From: a bacterium
Lineage (GTDB): Bacteria > SZUA-182 > DTGQ01 > JBLIRR01
Reading direction: 5' to 3'
DNA: 64,000 nucleotides
NCBI GenBank assembly: GCA_049472395.1
Contig: JBLIRR010000009.1
Span: 59,710 to 123,709, forward strand
The position numbers were made by a program, and so were the translations under genes. A model generated the notes under the pieces. It saw nothing but the letters and a program-made list of their open reading frames with translations. It had not been told where the DNA came from and did no database searches. Shown in pieces: positions 1-10,200 of the stretch (positions are counted from its first letter, which is position 1; each line of letters begins with the position of its first letter).

Positions 1-44
1 ATGGGAAAAAAGAACTATAAAGAATCGAGAGAACTAGTGCAAAA

Positions 45-610
45 GTGAACCTTGCCTGTGAAACAAAGTTAAGACGCAAGGATGGAAGGCTCATAAATGT
101 TGAAGCATCCACCGCAATCATCCAATATAACGGGAAACCGGCGACAATGGGAATTGTGCGAGATGTTACAGAACGGAAAAGAATGGAAGAAGAATTATTA
201 AAGATAGAAAAGTGTGAATCTATCTGCCGGGGTAAAGGGGAAATATTTTTTATGGATGATGATAAGGCACTGCGAGATACGATGGGAGATATATTACTAT
301 ATTTGGGTTACCAGATTGAGTTTGTGCAAAAGATGGGAGTGAGGCAATTGAACTTTATAAAAAAGCACAGTGTGAAAAGAATCCATTTGATGTGGTTGTC
401 TTAGATTTGACTATCCCTGGCGGGAGAGGTGGAAAAGAGACTATGAGGAAGCTTCATAAAATTGATCCCGATGTTAAAGCAATTATTTCAAGTGGGTATC
501 CCAATGATCCTGCTATATTTAATTATAAAAATTATGGTTTCAAAGGGGCAATTACCAAACCTTACGAAATAAATAAATTTAGCATGTTATTAAGAGAATT
601 AATTTCATGA
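45..610 (+). pseudogene. Disrupted PAS-C / response-regulator receiver gene (frameshift in an A-run near 328-331; stop codon immediately upstream of 45)
   Basis: ORF 45..404 ends a PAS-like segment and begins a receiver domain (FFMDDDKALRDTMGDILLYLGYQIEFV). Frame +2 continues the receiver from 323 (DGSEAIELYKKAQCEKNPFDVVVLDLTIPGG...KAIISSGY...ITKP). The frame switch maps to caaaag at 327-332. Confidence 0.4.
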
Positions 611-676
611 ACTTAAAAAAATTCTTTTAAGAATAGGAAAGAGCTCATAAAATGAAGAAGAAATATGCCGTGGCGC

Positions 677-721
677 TAATTGTCAACTAATTGTCAACTA
701 AAACTAAATTTTATTGTCAGC
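677..721. repeat. Tandem direct repeats TAATTGTCAAC x2 (677-687, 688-698) plus a degenerate third copy ttattgtcagc (711-721), downstream of the 704..1759 gene
   Basis: Read directly from the sequence. The same 11-mer core recurs upstream of the gene. Confidence 0.7.
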
Positions 722-1759
722 TACATGCCTTATGATTGCGGCTATTGAGGGATTAAGATTCTCTGTTTTTATCACAATGTCAGGGTGTTGTCTTTTAAAT
801 ACTCGGAATACCTCATCAGCAAATCCCTGACCAAGTGCGTTTACACCTTTAAAATTCAATATGATTTCCCTAAATTTATCAAGCCCTGCAAGGAGTCTTC
901 TTGCCTCAGAGCGTGAGATATATTCAGTTTGAAACAGCTTTACATATACACGGGTCTTTTCAAACTTATAATCAAAAGCCTCGGGGGCAAATTCCATAAA
1001 AATTCCTTCGAGGATCCTTTTTGATCCCCTTCCTATGGTAAATGTCACTTCTGTCCCTTCAATAAATCTCTTTTGTTCCACAAATACATCTTTCTTGATA
1101 TTGTCGAAGATCAGGTTTATTCTGTGCGATCTGAAAGCAACGACATCCCCCGATTTTGATGAAAAAAACACTCCTTCGCCAGAGTGTCGTTCTCTCATCG
1201 TGGTCGTTTTTCCCTTTATCAGTTCCCCTATGACTGCATTTTCATCGGGTAAGTTGAATTTTTTATAAATTGAAAAAAAAATGCCGATACCATAATCTCT
1301 TATCTTGAAAGAAAATCTGTACTGATCCATAGTCACTTCGATATCACTCACCTCAGAAGAGGAATGCTCTATTGCGTTATTTAAAATCTCGGTAAATGCA
1401 TATCTGACGATATCTAAAACATTCTCTCTCAGATCACTTTTTAAATTTGAAAGTAAAGCAATCTCACGAAAAACCTGATCTTCCTCTAAACCTTGTAAGA
1501 TAACCCTTTTTCTTGTTCTCCCTGTAGGCTTGCTTTTTCCGACAATTTTATATATAGCCCCTCTCGTAGCACCCTCTTTTATGACCTCCCCATTTTGGAT
1601 CAATGTTTTGAGATGTTTATTGAGCGCTTGTCTTGATATACCAAGGAAATCGGATAGCTCCTTTCCGGATAACGTCTTATTTTCTTTAAGATATCTCACT
1701 ATAGTCTCTTTTGTGCCCATGAAATTAATTATACCTATTGTCAACCTATTGTCAACCAT
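704..1759 (-). CDS. HTH (winged-helix) - GHKL/HATPase-like ATPase - STAS-like C-terminal domain protein (single-polypeptide partner-switching-like module)
   Basis: N-terminal wHTH (LSGKELSDFLGISRQALNKHLKTLIQNG). N-box-like NNAIEHS, DYGIGI and HSGEGVFF glycine motifs typical of GHKL ATPases. C-terminal about 100 aa resembles STAS/DUF4325. The gene is flanked by 11-mer repeats. Confidence 0.55.
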   Translation of the reverse strand: MVDNRLTIGIINFMGTKETIVRYLKENKTLSGKELSDFLGISRQALNKHLKTLIQNGEVIKEGATRGAIYKIVGKSKPTGRTRKRVILQGLEEDQVFREIALLSNLKSDLRENVLDIVRYAFTEILNNAIEHSSSEVSDIEVTMDQYRFSFKIRDYGIGIFFSIYKKFNLPDENAVIGELIKGKTTTMRERHSGEGVFFSSKSGDVVAFRSHRINLIFDNIKKDVFVEQKRFIEGTEVTFTIGRGSKRILEGIFMEFAPEAFDYKFEKTRVYVKLFQTEYISRSEARRLLAGLDKFREIILNFKGVNALGQGFADEVFRVFKRQHPDIVIKTENLNPSIAAIIRHVADNKI

Positions 1760-1780
1760 ATTTAAATTCTATTGTCAACT
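1735..1780. promoter_or_regulatory. Three direct copies of CTATTGTCAAC (1735-1745, 1746-1756, 1770-1780) immediately upstream of the 704..1759 gene; likely operator/iteron sites
   Basis: Exact 11-mer repeats seen in the sequence. They lie between the start codon (1759) and the upstream AT-rich region. Confidence 0.5.
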
Positions 1781-2019
1781 TAAGAGGGTAAGACCGTTGG
1801 GCAATCGCATGAAAGATTTCGAGTTGTTCAGTGAGAATTTTAGATATTTTCTAAAAAATTTTAAACAGGGTAACAGTTTATCCTGTCAATATAGCTGAAA
1901 AGGTCACCCTCAGTTCGAAGAATAATCGGATCATTTCCGAAAAATTATATATTTCCACAGGGGCATTGTCCCTGATGAAATAACAATAGAAATCTAAACA
2001 GAAAAAAGCAGGGATAAAA

Positions 2020-3876
2020 ATGAATAGGTGGAATGTATATTTAAACGATGAGATTAAAGGTCCCTATACAACTGAAGAATTGTCCCAACTTGAAGGATTC
2101 ACATCAAATACAAGAGTTTCCCTTGACGATTACCATGAGAGGTGGGGAGCTGCTGAAACATTTCCAGAGCTTAGAAGTCTTTTTGGCAGCCCCGAAAAGA
2201 CCGATACCGCACGGTGTCCGGAATGTGGCGCATCTTTAAAATTTAAAGATGGTGAAATCAAGACAAAGTGTGAATATTGTGGTTCCTCCCTTGCTGTTTC
2301 TAAAAAAGAGGAGATGCTTGTTGCCACTGAATGTCCAAAATGCGGCAGTTCTATAGAATACCCGGATGGATCAAATACATTTAAATGCAATTATTGTAAT
2401 TCCTCCCTTTTAATAACAAACAGGGAGAGAATCTTTCATTTCCATATCAAGCAATGTATGGATGCCCAAGAAGCAGCTAGACTTGCCTCAGAGTTCGCCA
2501 GAAATGAAAATCTCAGAATTTCAAATCTGGCCCCACGGTTATATTATGTTCCTTTCTGGCGGTATACTGCAATCTCAATGGATCAGAATATCGGAGAGAA
2601 ATTTTTTGAATTTAGTAAAACAAGACTGAAATCTACGGTGGAAAGTGTTGTTGGAACTTTACACAATGCTATTTGCGATGATTATAATGATTATAAAGAG
2701 ATACCTTCCACCATAGGCACAAAGATCAAAAAGGTTAATGAAACTGACTGTAAGCTCATAGATTATAATATTCTTGCCCGTAATGAGGCATATGGCATTG
2801 ATACGCTAGGTATACAGGCCCAGGTTTTAAAATTAGAATCTTTGCATGATGAGGAATTAAAAAAGCAGGCCATAGTATTGCCGCCAACCATATCAATTGA
2901 AGAAATAAAAGACATGGTAATAAAAAATTCGACTATCGTGTATTGTGAAGGAGGAGACATAGCACATTGCGGGGAAAATTCAAATATGGACTATGAAAAG
3001 ATATATTTCCAGAAGAAAAGTCTGCTGGGAGAAAGACTTATGCTTATCTATTTGCCTTTCTGGATATCAGATTGTTATATTGGGCAGGAAAAAGCCTTTA
3101 TAGTAATCAATGAATTGATGAAGCAAGTGGACCTTTACCACGAAGGGTTTGAATTGGAAAAGGCTCCGGCTGTATCAGAAATCTACCAGATCCCGCGGTT
3201 TGCGCCATTATGCTGCCCTGATTGTGGTAAGAGCATGGAATCAGGAGAATTCCATGCGTTACACGTATGTATGAATTGCAATCGCCTGTGGCAGGCGGAA
3301 AATGATAAATTTATAAATGTTGATTTCAGTATTATTGCACCAAATAAAAAATTATCCGGGAAACTTATCCACTTGCCAATGTGGCAGTTTGAAGCTGTCA
3401 TCGCATCAGACTCATTAAAGATGAGCACGCGTGAGGAATTCTCCAGGATAGTCCCCAGGATGAGATCTTTCTCTCTCCTGAAAGAAGAGGATAGATCAAA
3501 ACCAATAAATATATATGTTCAGGGATGGGGTGACAGGAACTTTCCGAAAGTCAGCGGGATCCCCAAGAATTTCCTTGAACGTCAACCCGCCCTGAGTTTT
3601 GCTGAAAACAGCACAATCACAGATATGGTGCGATGTATTTATGATGAAAGAGAAGCAAAGGAAATGGCGCACCTGGCGTTTATATCAGTAATCCCGGTAG
3701 ATATAGCAATTTCAACCAGGTGGCTTAAATTCATAAATGAAATGCACATCGAGTTCAGTAAAACCAGGCTATTACTTCTACCCTTTTATGAACTGGGGCC
3801 TGATCTTATCGATGGCGTCACAGGTGCCAGTGTGCCTAAAGGGGAATTACAGGAAGGAATAAGAAAAATAAAATAA
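2020..3876 (+). CDS. Multi-zinc-ribbon protein with N-terminal GYF-like (DUF4339-type) domain
   Basis: Three CxxC...CxxC pairs (CPECG...CEYCG; CPKCG...CNYCN; CPDCG...CMNCN). N-terminus WNVYLNDEIKGPYTTEELSQL is GYF_2-like. No catalytic motif recognised. Confidence 0.5.
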   Translation: MNRWNVYLNDEIKGPYTTEELSQLEGFTSNTRVSLDDYHERWGAAETFPELRSLFGSPEKTDTARCPECGASLKFKDGEIKTKCEYCGSSLAVSKKEEMLVATECPKCGSSIEYPDGSNTFKCNYCNSSLLITNRERIFHFHIKQCMDAQEAARLASEFARNENLRISNLAPRLYYVPFWRYTAISMDQNIGEKFFEFSKTRLKSTVESVVGTLHNAICDDYNDYKEIPSTIGTKIKKVNETDCKLIDYNILARNEAYGIDTLGIQAQVLKLESLHDEELKKQAIVLPPTISIEEIKDMVIKNSTIVYCEGGDIAHCGENSNMDYEKIYFQKKSLLGERLMLIYLPFWISDCYIGQEKAFIVINELMKQVDLYHEGFELEKAPAVSEIYQIPRFAPLCCPDCGKSMESGEFHALHVCMNCNRLWQAENDKFINVDFSIIAPNKKLSGKLIHLPMWQFEAVIASDSLKMSTREEFSRIVPRMRSFSLLKEEDRSKPINIYVQGWGDRNFPKVSGIPKNFLERQPALSFAENSTITDMVRCIYDEREAKEMAHLAFISVIPVDIAISTRWLKFINEMHIEFSKTRLLLLPFYELGPDLIDGVTGASVPKGELQEGIRKIK

Positions 3877-4146
3877 GCAGCAAAGGCTCACCTTCAATAA
3901 AGTTCATTTTATTTTATGAAGTACTTTTATCGTGGAATCTCTTGAAGGAATGGGGTCAGGACCAATATGGTCAAAACAAGTTTTTATATCACAGGTAAGC
4001 AAATACTCCTCTACAATATTCGGTATGCTTTCCCGAAGCTTCTCATGAGCAGCTCGTTCTACACGACATTTTTGTTTTCTTACGTTTTTGTCCATTGAAC
4101 ATACCGCCCTTCCTCTTCATGTGTTGACATTAGTATGTGTGCGTAT

Positions 4147-5313
4147 TTATTTTTTTTCTTCATTCCAATAGGGAGATAAAGCCCTTAGTTTCTCTATAAT
4201 CCCGGGCATCTTCTCTATCACGAAATCCACTTCCTTTATATTGTTATAAATGCTTAAACTGAATCGAATGGAACCATGAGCCATAGTAAAGGGAACACCC
4301 ATTGCTCGAAGTACATGTGAAGGTTGAAGAGAGCCTGAGGTACATGCGGAACCGGAGGATGCGCATATGCCATATTCATTGAGCATCAGAAGAATTGCTT
4401 CCCCCTCGATAAATTCAAAGCTAATATTGGTTGTTGTCGGAAGGCGGTTTTGACAGTCGCCATTTATACGTACATGAGGTATTTGCCGAAGAATTTCGTT
4501 CTCTAACTTATCCCTCAGACGCTTAACCTTGGTATTTTCATCCTTGATATTACTCGCAGCCAGTTCGCAAGCTTTGCCAAGTCCGATAATATTCGGGGTA
4601 TTTTCAGTACCACTTCTGCGGCTCCTCTCTTGATGTCCTCCGATTAAATAAGGAGAAAATTTTGTTCCTTTCCTCACGTAGAGCACACCTATACCCTTGG
4701 GAGCATGCAGTTTATGCCCTGATAAGGACAGCATATCAATTGCATTATTTTTCATATCCAGGGGTATTTTCCCCACTGCCTGGACAGCATCTGAGTGAAA
4801 TAAAATACCTTGTTCTCTGGCAAGCTCGGCAGCCTTTTCCACAGGGAATAGAACTCCTGTTTCATTATTAGCCCACATAAGGCTTACAATGGCGGTATCA
4901 GGGGTGAGGCTCCGTGTATACTGTTCCATGTCCAAACGCCCATTGGCATCAACGGGTATTTCGGTGATGCGGCAACCTTCATGGGCGAGATGGGCAGCGA
5001 GCGATTTAACAGCCGGATGTTCTACCCGGCTGGTTACAATATGCTTTTTATGAGGATTAACCTTGAGGGCAGACCGGATCGCGGTATTATCGCTTTCAGT
5101 GCCGCAGCTTGTAAAAATTATTTCATCAGGGTGTGCATTAAGTAATGCTGCGACCTGCTCACGCGCTGTTTTGATTTTTTGGGCTACCTGGCCCCCGAAA
5201 GAATGCATACTTGATGGATTTCCATATAAATCGGAAAAATAGGGAAGCATTTCCTCCACTACCTCAGGAGCGGCCCTCGTTGTCGCATTATTATCAAAAT
5301 AAATCGTATTCAT
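4147..5313 (-). CDS. nifS: Cysteine desulfurase NifS/IscS family (PLP-dependent)
   Basis: Class-V aminotransferase motifs including the PLP lysine context SGHKLHAPKGIG. Active-site cysteine loop SSGSACTSG. Translationally coupled to nifU. Confidence 0.9.
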   Translation of the reverse strand: MNTIYFDNNATTRAAPEVVEEMLPYFSDLYGNPSSMHSFGGQVAQKIKTAREQVAALLNAHPDEIIFTSCGTESDNTAIRSALKVNPHKKHIVTSRVEHPAVKSLAAHLAHEGCRITEIPVDANGRLDMEQYTRSLTPDTAIVSLMWANNETGVLFPVEKAAELAREQGILFHSDAVQAVGKIPLDMKNNAIDMLSLSGHKLHAPKGIGVLYVRKGTKFSPYLIGGHQERSRRSGTENTPNIIGLGKACELAASNIKDENTKVKRLRDKLENEILRQIPHVRINGDCQNRLPTTTNISFEFIEGEAILLMLNEYGICASSGSACTSGSLQPSHVLRAMGVPFTMAHGSIRFSLSIYNNIKEVDFVIEKMPGIIEKLRALSPYWNEEKK

Positions 5314-6143
5314 TATGATACCTCCTCAACCGACAGGTCTTGAGAGACCATTTCATGGAGCTTCGTTTCAACAAAATGCTTTAGGGTCTGTCCGGCCGCT
5401 TTGCAGGAGGCACATGAACCTCTTGTAGCAACAAGCACCCTGTTGCCGATGACATCAATAAGGTCCACGTCCCCGCCATCTTTCCTTAAATAAGGTCTGA
5501 TCTCACGATCAATGGTTTGCTCAATCATCTTGATTTTCTGTATATTTGAGAGCCGAGGTTTCGCAGCTCCCCTATTTTCGTTCATTACCTGGGTGATAAT
5601 CTCCTCGATCTTTTCGTGACATCCACCGCATCCTCCCCCCGCTTTTGTATAATTGGTTACTTCTTCTACTGTAGTAAGATTGTTTTCTCTTATTACTCGC
5701 TCAATTTGCCGATCCGTAATACCAAAGCATTGACATATCATTTCACCTTCTGCTTTTTTTTCAGTCCTCCCACCTCTATAATGAGCGATTGCCTTCTCAA
5801 GAGCTTCCCTCCCCAATACAGAGCAATGCATTTTTTGTTGAGGCAGTCCACCGAGATCATCAGCAATATCTTGATTAGTAATCTTTTCTATTTCATCAAT
5901 CGTTTTACCTTTGATCATCTCGGTTAATGCCGTGGCTGAAGCAATAGCACTCGCACACCCAAAGGTTTTGAATTTGGCATCTTTGACCCTCCCGTGTTCA
6001 TCCAGTTTAAACGTAAGCTTCAGTGCATCGCCGCACGCCATGGACCCCACGGTCGCCTCACCATCAGGATTTTCTATTTCTCCTACATTTTTTGGATTTA
6101 GAAAATATTCCTTCACTTTATCCGAATATTCCCACATGGTCAT
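5313..6143 (-). CDS. nifU: NifU Fe-S cluster scaffold (N-terminal IscU-like, central BFD-like [2Fe-2S], C-terminal NifU domain)
   Basis: IscU-like GSMACGDALKL...FKTFGCASAIAS. Central CQCFG...GGGCGGC. C-terminal RGSCASCKAAGQTL. Confidence 0.85.
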   Translation of the reverse strand: MTMWEYSDKVKEYFLNPKNVGEIENPDGEATVGSMACGDALKLTFKLDEHGRVKDAKFKTFGCASAIASATALTEMIKGKTIDEIEKITNQDIADDLGGLPQQKMHCSVLGREALEKAIAHYRGGRTEKKAEGEMICQCFGITDRQIERVIRENNLTTVEEVTNYTKAGGGCGGCHEKIEEIITQVMNENRGAAKPRLSNIQKIKMIEQTIDREIRPYLRKDGGDVDLIDVIGNRVLVATRGSCASCKAAGQTLKHFVETKLHEMVSQDLSVEEVS

Positions 6144-6255
6144 CTGCTCCTTTTACTCTTTCTTTTTAATTTTCATATACAAATCCTTCTCATAAGTAAA
6201 TGATACTCCTATGTCTATATTTATATCGCACCCGTCCATTTTGTCAAATATGTGA

Positions 6256-6297
6256 GGGGGATAACAAAGAGGCTTATCCCCCTTACCTATTTTCTTT
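6256..6297. terminator. GC hairpin GGGGGATAA-(9 nt loop)-TTATCCCCC followed by a T-rich run; probable intrinsic terminator between the 6337..6900 gene and the nifU promoter
   Basis: 9-bp perfect stem (6256-6264 / 6274-6282) and a T-run at 6283-6297, seen in the sequence. Confidence 0.45.
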
Positions 6298-6336
6298 AAA
6301 ACAATATGTAGGAGCCTAAAAAAATAATGTATGTGA

Positions 6337-6900
6337 TCACAGTGTGAGACCCCATATATCAGACACAGTCAGGAGACTTGCCGGATCTGTCCCAAAGAGA
6401 AAGGGAGGATATAGCGCGAGATAAAAAAGATTCGCTCCGAGAATATTGGGAAGCTCTGCCCGCGTTCCGAGCGGTGGTAAAAATGTATAGTCGGGAGGTA
6501 AGGTTATCGGGAGAGGACTTCCTGTTGCCGGATCTACGAGATATGAGGGGGGAAAGTCACCAAAGCCATAATACATATTAAAATACAGCAATCCGCCACC
6601 TGCCATTGGGGGTATATTAAAAAGCGCCCACGTAACAGGTTTAACGGGGTCCCACGCAAGTACAGGCTCGACAGGAAGAACGGTAGCAGGAGTAAGGTCT
6701 GTAACGATGGGTGTGGGGACACCTGTCGCAGGATCGGGGGGCGAGAGGACGGGAGACCAGAGAGGCCAAAGCAAATTATACGGTGGCAGTGCTGTCCAAT
6801 ATGCTTGGGCGTGCACTGAAGAGAAGGGAGTGATCGCTATCACAGAAACGATTATGAGCATAGGAAATAGTAAAAGAAATATTTTTTTATCTCTGTACAT
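6337..6900 (-). CDS. Secreted P/W/Y-rich protein, divergent member of the LPPYN(T/L)LWPLWSP family
   Basis: Signal peptide ending VHAQA. Motif ALPPYNLLWPLWSPVLSPPDPATGVPTPIVTDLTPATVLP is shared with the 12.5-16.5 kb array. Confidence 0.6.
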   Translation of the reverse strand: MYRDKKIFLLLFPMLIIVSVIAITPFSSVHAQAYWTALPPYNLLWPLWSPVLSPPDPATGVPTPIVTDLTPATVLPVEPVLAWDPVKPVTWALFNIPPMAGGGLLYFNMYYGFGDFPPSYLVDPATGSPLPITLPPDYTFLPPLGTRAELPNILGANLFYLALYPPFLFGTDPASLLTVSDIWGLTL

Positions 6901-7261
6901 CGTGTATCTCCTTGTAAAATAATTATTAAAATTAAATGTGAAGAATCATTCCCTGATATTTCTTAGAGGAGGGCCACGAATGAATCTGTCTATGATATGT
7001 TTTCGCATTATTTTAGTATTGAGTATTTAGAGAAATTTTTTCAAATTTAATTATAATATATCTTTAATATATTTATTACTATGATTCAAATATACTTTTT
7101 ATTGATTTAATGTAACCTAATCTGGATAAGCAGAAAACAAATAAAGAGGACTTAATTGTGGAATAATATTAAAATGAGCTTGTTGAGTCACAATGTGCAT
7201 ATATTATATCAGTAGCAAATATCTGAGTCTCTTTATAGTGTCAGGTCTTTTATTAGAGGTA

Positions 7262-10200
7262 TCATTCTTCATTCTTTTCACGAGACCTGCCGAGCTTATT
7301 TTCTATGGCAGCAAGCAATTCGGGTGCCCTTATAGGCTTGCTCACGTAGTCATCCATTCCGGCTTCAAGACATCTCTCCCTGTCACCCTTCATTGCATAG
7401 GCGGTGAGAGCGATTATTGATATTCTGTCCCCTTTTTTTGCTTCTGCTTCCATGGTTCTGATCGCTTTGGTTGCGTCTAAACCATCCAGCACAGGCATTT
7501 GCACATCCATCAATATCAAATCTATTGAAGGGTTAGATTTATAGAGTGAAATTGCTTCTTGTCCATCATTTGATACAACCACATTATATCCTGATTTTTC
7601 TAAAACTTTTTTGGTTATTTGTTGATTTGAGATATTATCTTCTGCGATAAGAATAGTATAGGGTGTTTTTGTTTCAATAGGAATTTTTGTGTGTGAGGCA
7701 TTATGTGGTTCTTCTATTTCTGTCGGCGTATAGGGGAGCGTAAAATAAAATGTCGTGCCGTGATCAGCTCCTGTGCGAGATGTGAGTCTAATCTTTCCGC
7801 CCATTAACTCACTTAATTTTTTACAGATTGTAAGTCCCAAGCCGGTGCCGCCATGTTTTCTTGTGTGACTTACATCTGCCTGATGAAAGGGCCTAAATAT
7901 TTCCTTCTGTTTATCTTTAGGTATTCCTACGCCGGTGTCCGACACATAGAATTCTAATGTTTTCTTATTCTTTAAAGAAACGCCATATTCTATCGATCCG
8001 CTCTCAGTAAATTTTATTGCGTTGCTCATGAGATTATGCATTATTTGTTGTATCCTTGTGGGATCGCCCATGATAAATCTGCTTATAGTGTCAGGGCAAC
8101 TTTGTCTTAAGGAAATGTCTTTTCCTTCTTGAGATATGAGCATTGAGCAGTGAGAGTCAATATTATGTAATATGGACTTAAGTGAACAAGGAATAAGTTC
8201 AATTTCTAACTGTCCTGCTTCTATCTTTGAAAGATCTAAAATATCATTAAGAATAAATAATAATAAATTCACACTCTTTTTTATAGTGTGCAAATATTCT
8301 CTATGGTCCTCTGATAATTCATCACTAAGCATTAATTCCGTATAACCAAGTATAGGATTCAGAGGTGTCCTAATCTCATGGGACACATTTGCGAGGAATG
8401 CGGATTTCAAGCAATCAGACTCTTCTGCTTTTTCTTTTGCTTGTTTGAGTTGCTCTTCATATTCCTTAGTCGCTGTGATATCAGAAAAGCAGCCTGTCAT
8501 GCCTATTGGTTTTCCATTGTCATCTGTTAATAGTGATGCTTTGAGGCTCACAAGTAATTCCGTTCCGTCTTTTTTTCTTCCAACCAGTCCTTCTCCTGAA
8601 TAAGAGCCCTCGTTGGTTATAATATTGATGATCTCTTTTGCTTTTCCCCGGCTTTCCTCTGTCCAGTATTCCAGAACATTCTTCTCATACATCTCTTCAT
8701 AATCATTAAATCCCCACATCCTCGCAGCTGACGGATTCGCATACGTTATTGTGCCTTCAAGATCTGCTATGAATATTGCATTGAGAGATGTCTCAACAGC
8801 GCTATGCACTCTTTTTAATTCTTCTTCCACTTTCTTTCTGTCTGTGATATCTTCTCCCGAGCTTAAAATAGCAGTAATTTCCCCTGTTTCATCCCTCAGC
8901 ACGCTATAGTGCCACCTTATCATTCTTTCTTCACCATTTTTTGTAAGCACAGGATTTTCAAAATACTCAGCAGGCTCAATATTCCCGGCTATTAATTTGT
9001 TAAACACAGTTTTCACCTTGTCTCTTCTTTTTTCCGGAAGAAAATGATCGAACCAATTTTTGTTAAGGATCTCCTCTTTCTTGTACCCGAGTATCTCACA
9101 CCCATTTTTATTTATGAGGGTGACCCTCTGGTCGGCATCAATATTTACCAGCATAACTCCGGCAATATCAAGATAATTTTGCGCTTCATTTCTCTGCTGT
9201 CGTAATTCATTCTCTGCGCGTCTTCGCTCAGTGATATCTCTAAAAACACCCAGCAGATATTTCCCGCCGGAAAATGAAACTAAAGTCGAGTTTACATCAG
9301 CATAAAAAACGCCGCCATCTTTTCTCTTTACCGCAATATCTGTGGCAAGCTTAAGCTCACCTTTTGCCTGCTTCTCAAATTGCTCAATGATGTATGGAAG
9401 AGCTTCCTCGGGGTGTATGTCCATTATCCCCAGTGTTTTTATCTCCTCCAGGGTATAACCGAGCATCTGGCATATTGTATTGTTACCCATATCAAATTTT
9501 TTGGTTCCACTATCTGCGATTAATATTCCGTCAGTGGCATTATCGAAAATTGCCCTAAATTTTTGTTCTGATTCTGTTATCTTCTTTTCCCATTCCTTCC
9601 GATCGGTGATATCTATGAAGTTTTCTATGAGACACTTCTGGCCCTCAAGTTCAACTTTGGTCACCGTTTTAAGAATAGGGATTTTTTCACCGCTGGCAGT
9701 AAGGAGTGTACACTCGGACTTATTCACTGTCTCCCCAAGGTCTGTGATCGGGCAGCGTACTTTCTCGTCGGGACAGATATAGTTATGGCATACACTGCCG
9801 AGCAATTTGCCTTTTGGCACTCCACACATCTCGAGAGCCTTGGGATTAGCATTTATAATCTTGTGGGTGTTCGCATCAATCATTACAATCCCCGCGTGCA
9901 CTGTATCGAAGATGGTCCTTAAGTTATACTCGCTTTGTTGCAGCAGATCCTCTGCAATCTTTTTCTCGGTAATATCTTGAATCGCGCCTATCATAATTTC
10001 CGGAGTGCCATCGTTCCCAAGGTGTCTGATTTGAGGTTCTGTAGCAATGATCCAGCGTGTTTCGCCAGAGGGTCTTATAATCCTGTATGTTAATGGTGTG
10101 CCGGTAAATTTTTTAGTAACTCCTAATGCTGCATGGATCACCATTTCTCTGTCATCAGGATGTAAGAGAGTGTCGATAAGTGATTGAAAGGTATCGAATG

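Noticed and set aside
3904-4095. 63-aa minus-strand ORF downstream of nifS
   Set aside because: Short, with no RBS or recognisable motif. It could be real but is unsupported.
4147-6143. nifU-nifS as a marker of a nitrogen-fixation island
   Set aside because: NifU/NifS-type Fe-S assembly genes are widespread in anaerobes without nitrogenase. No nifHDK or other nitrogenase genes are in the window.
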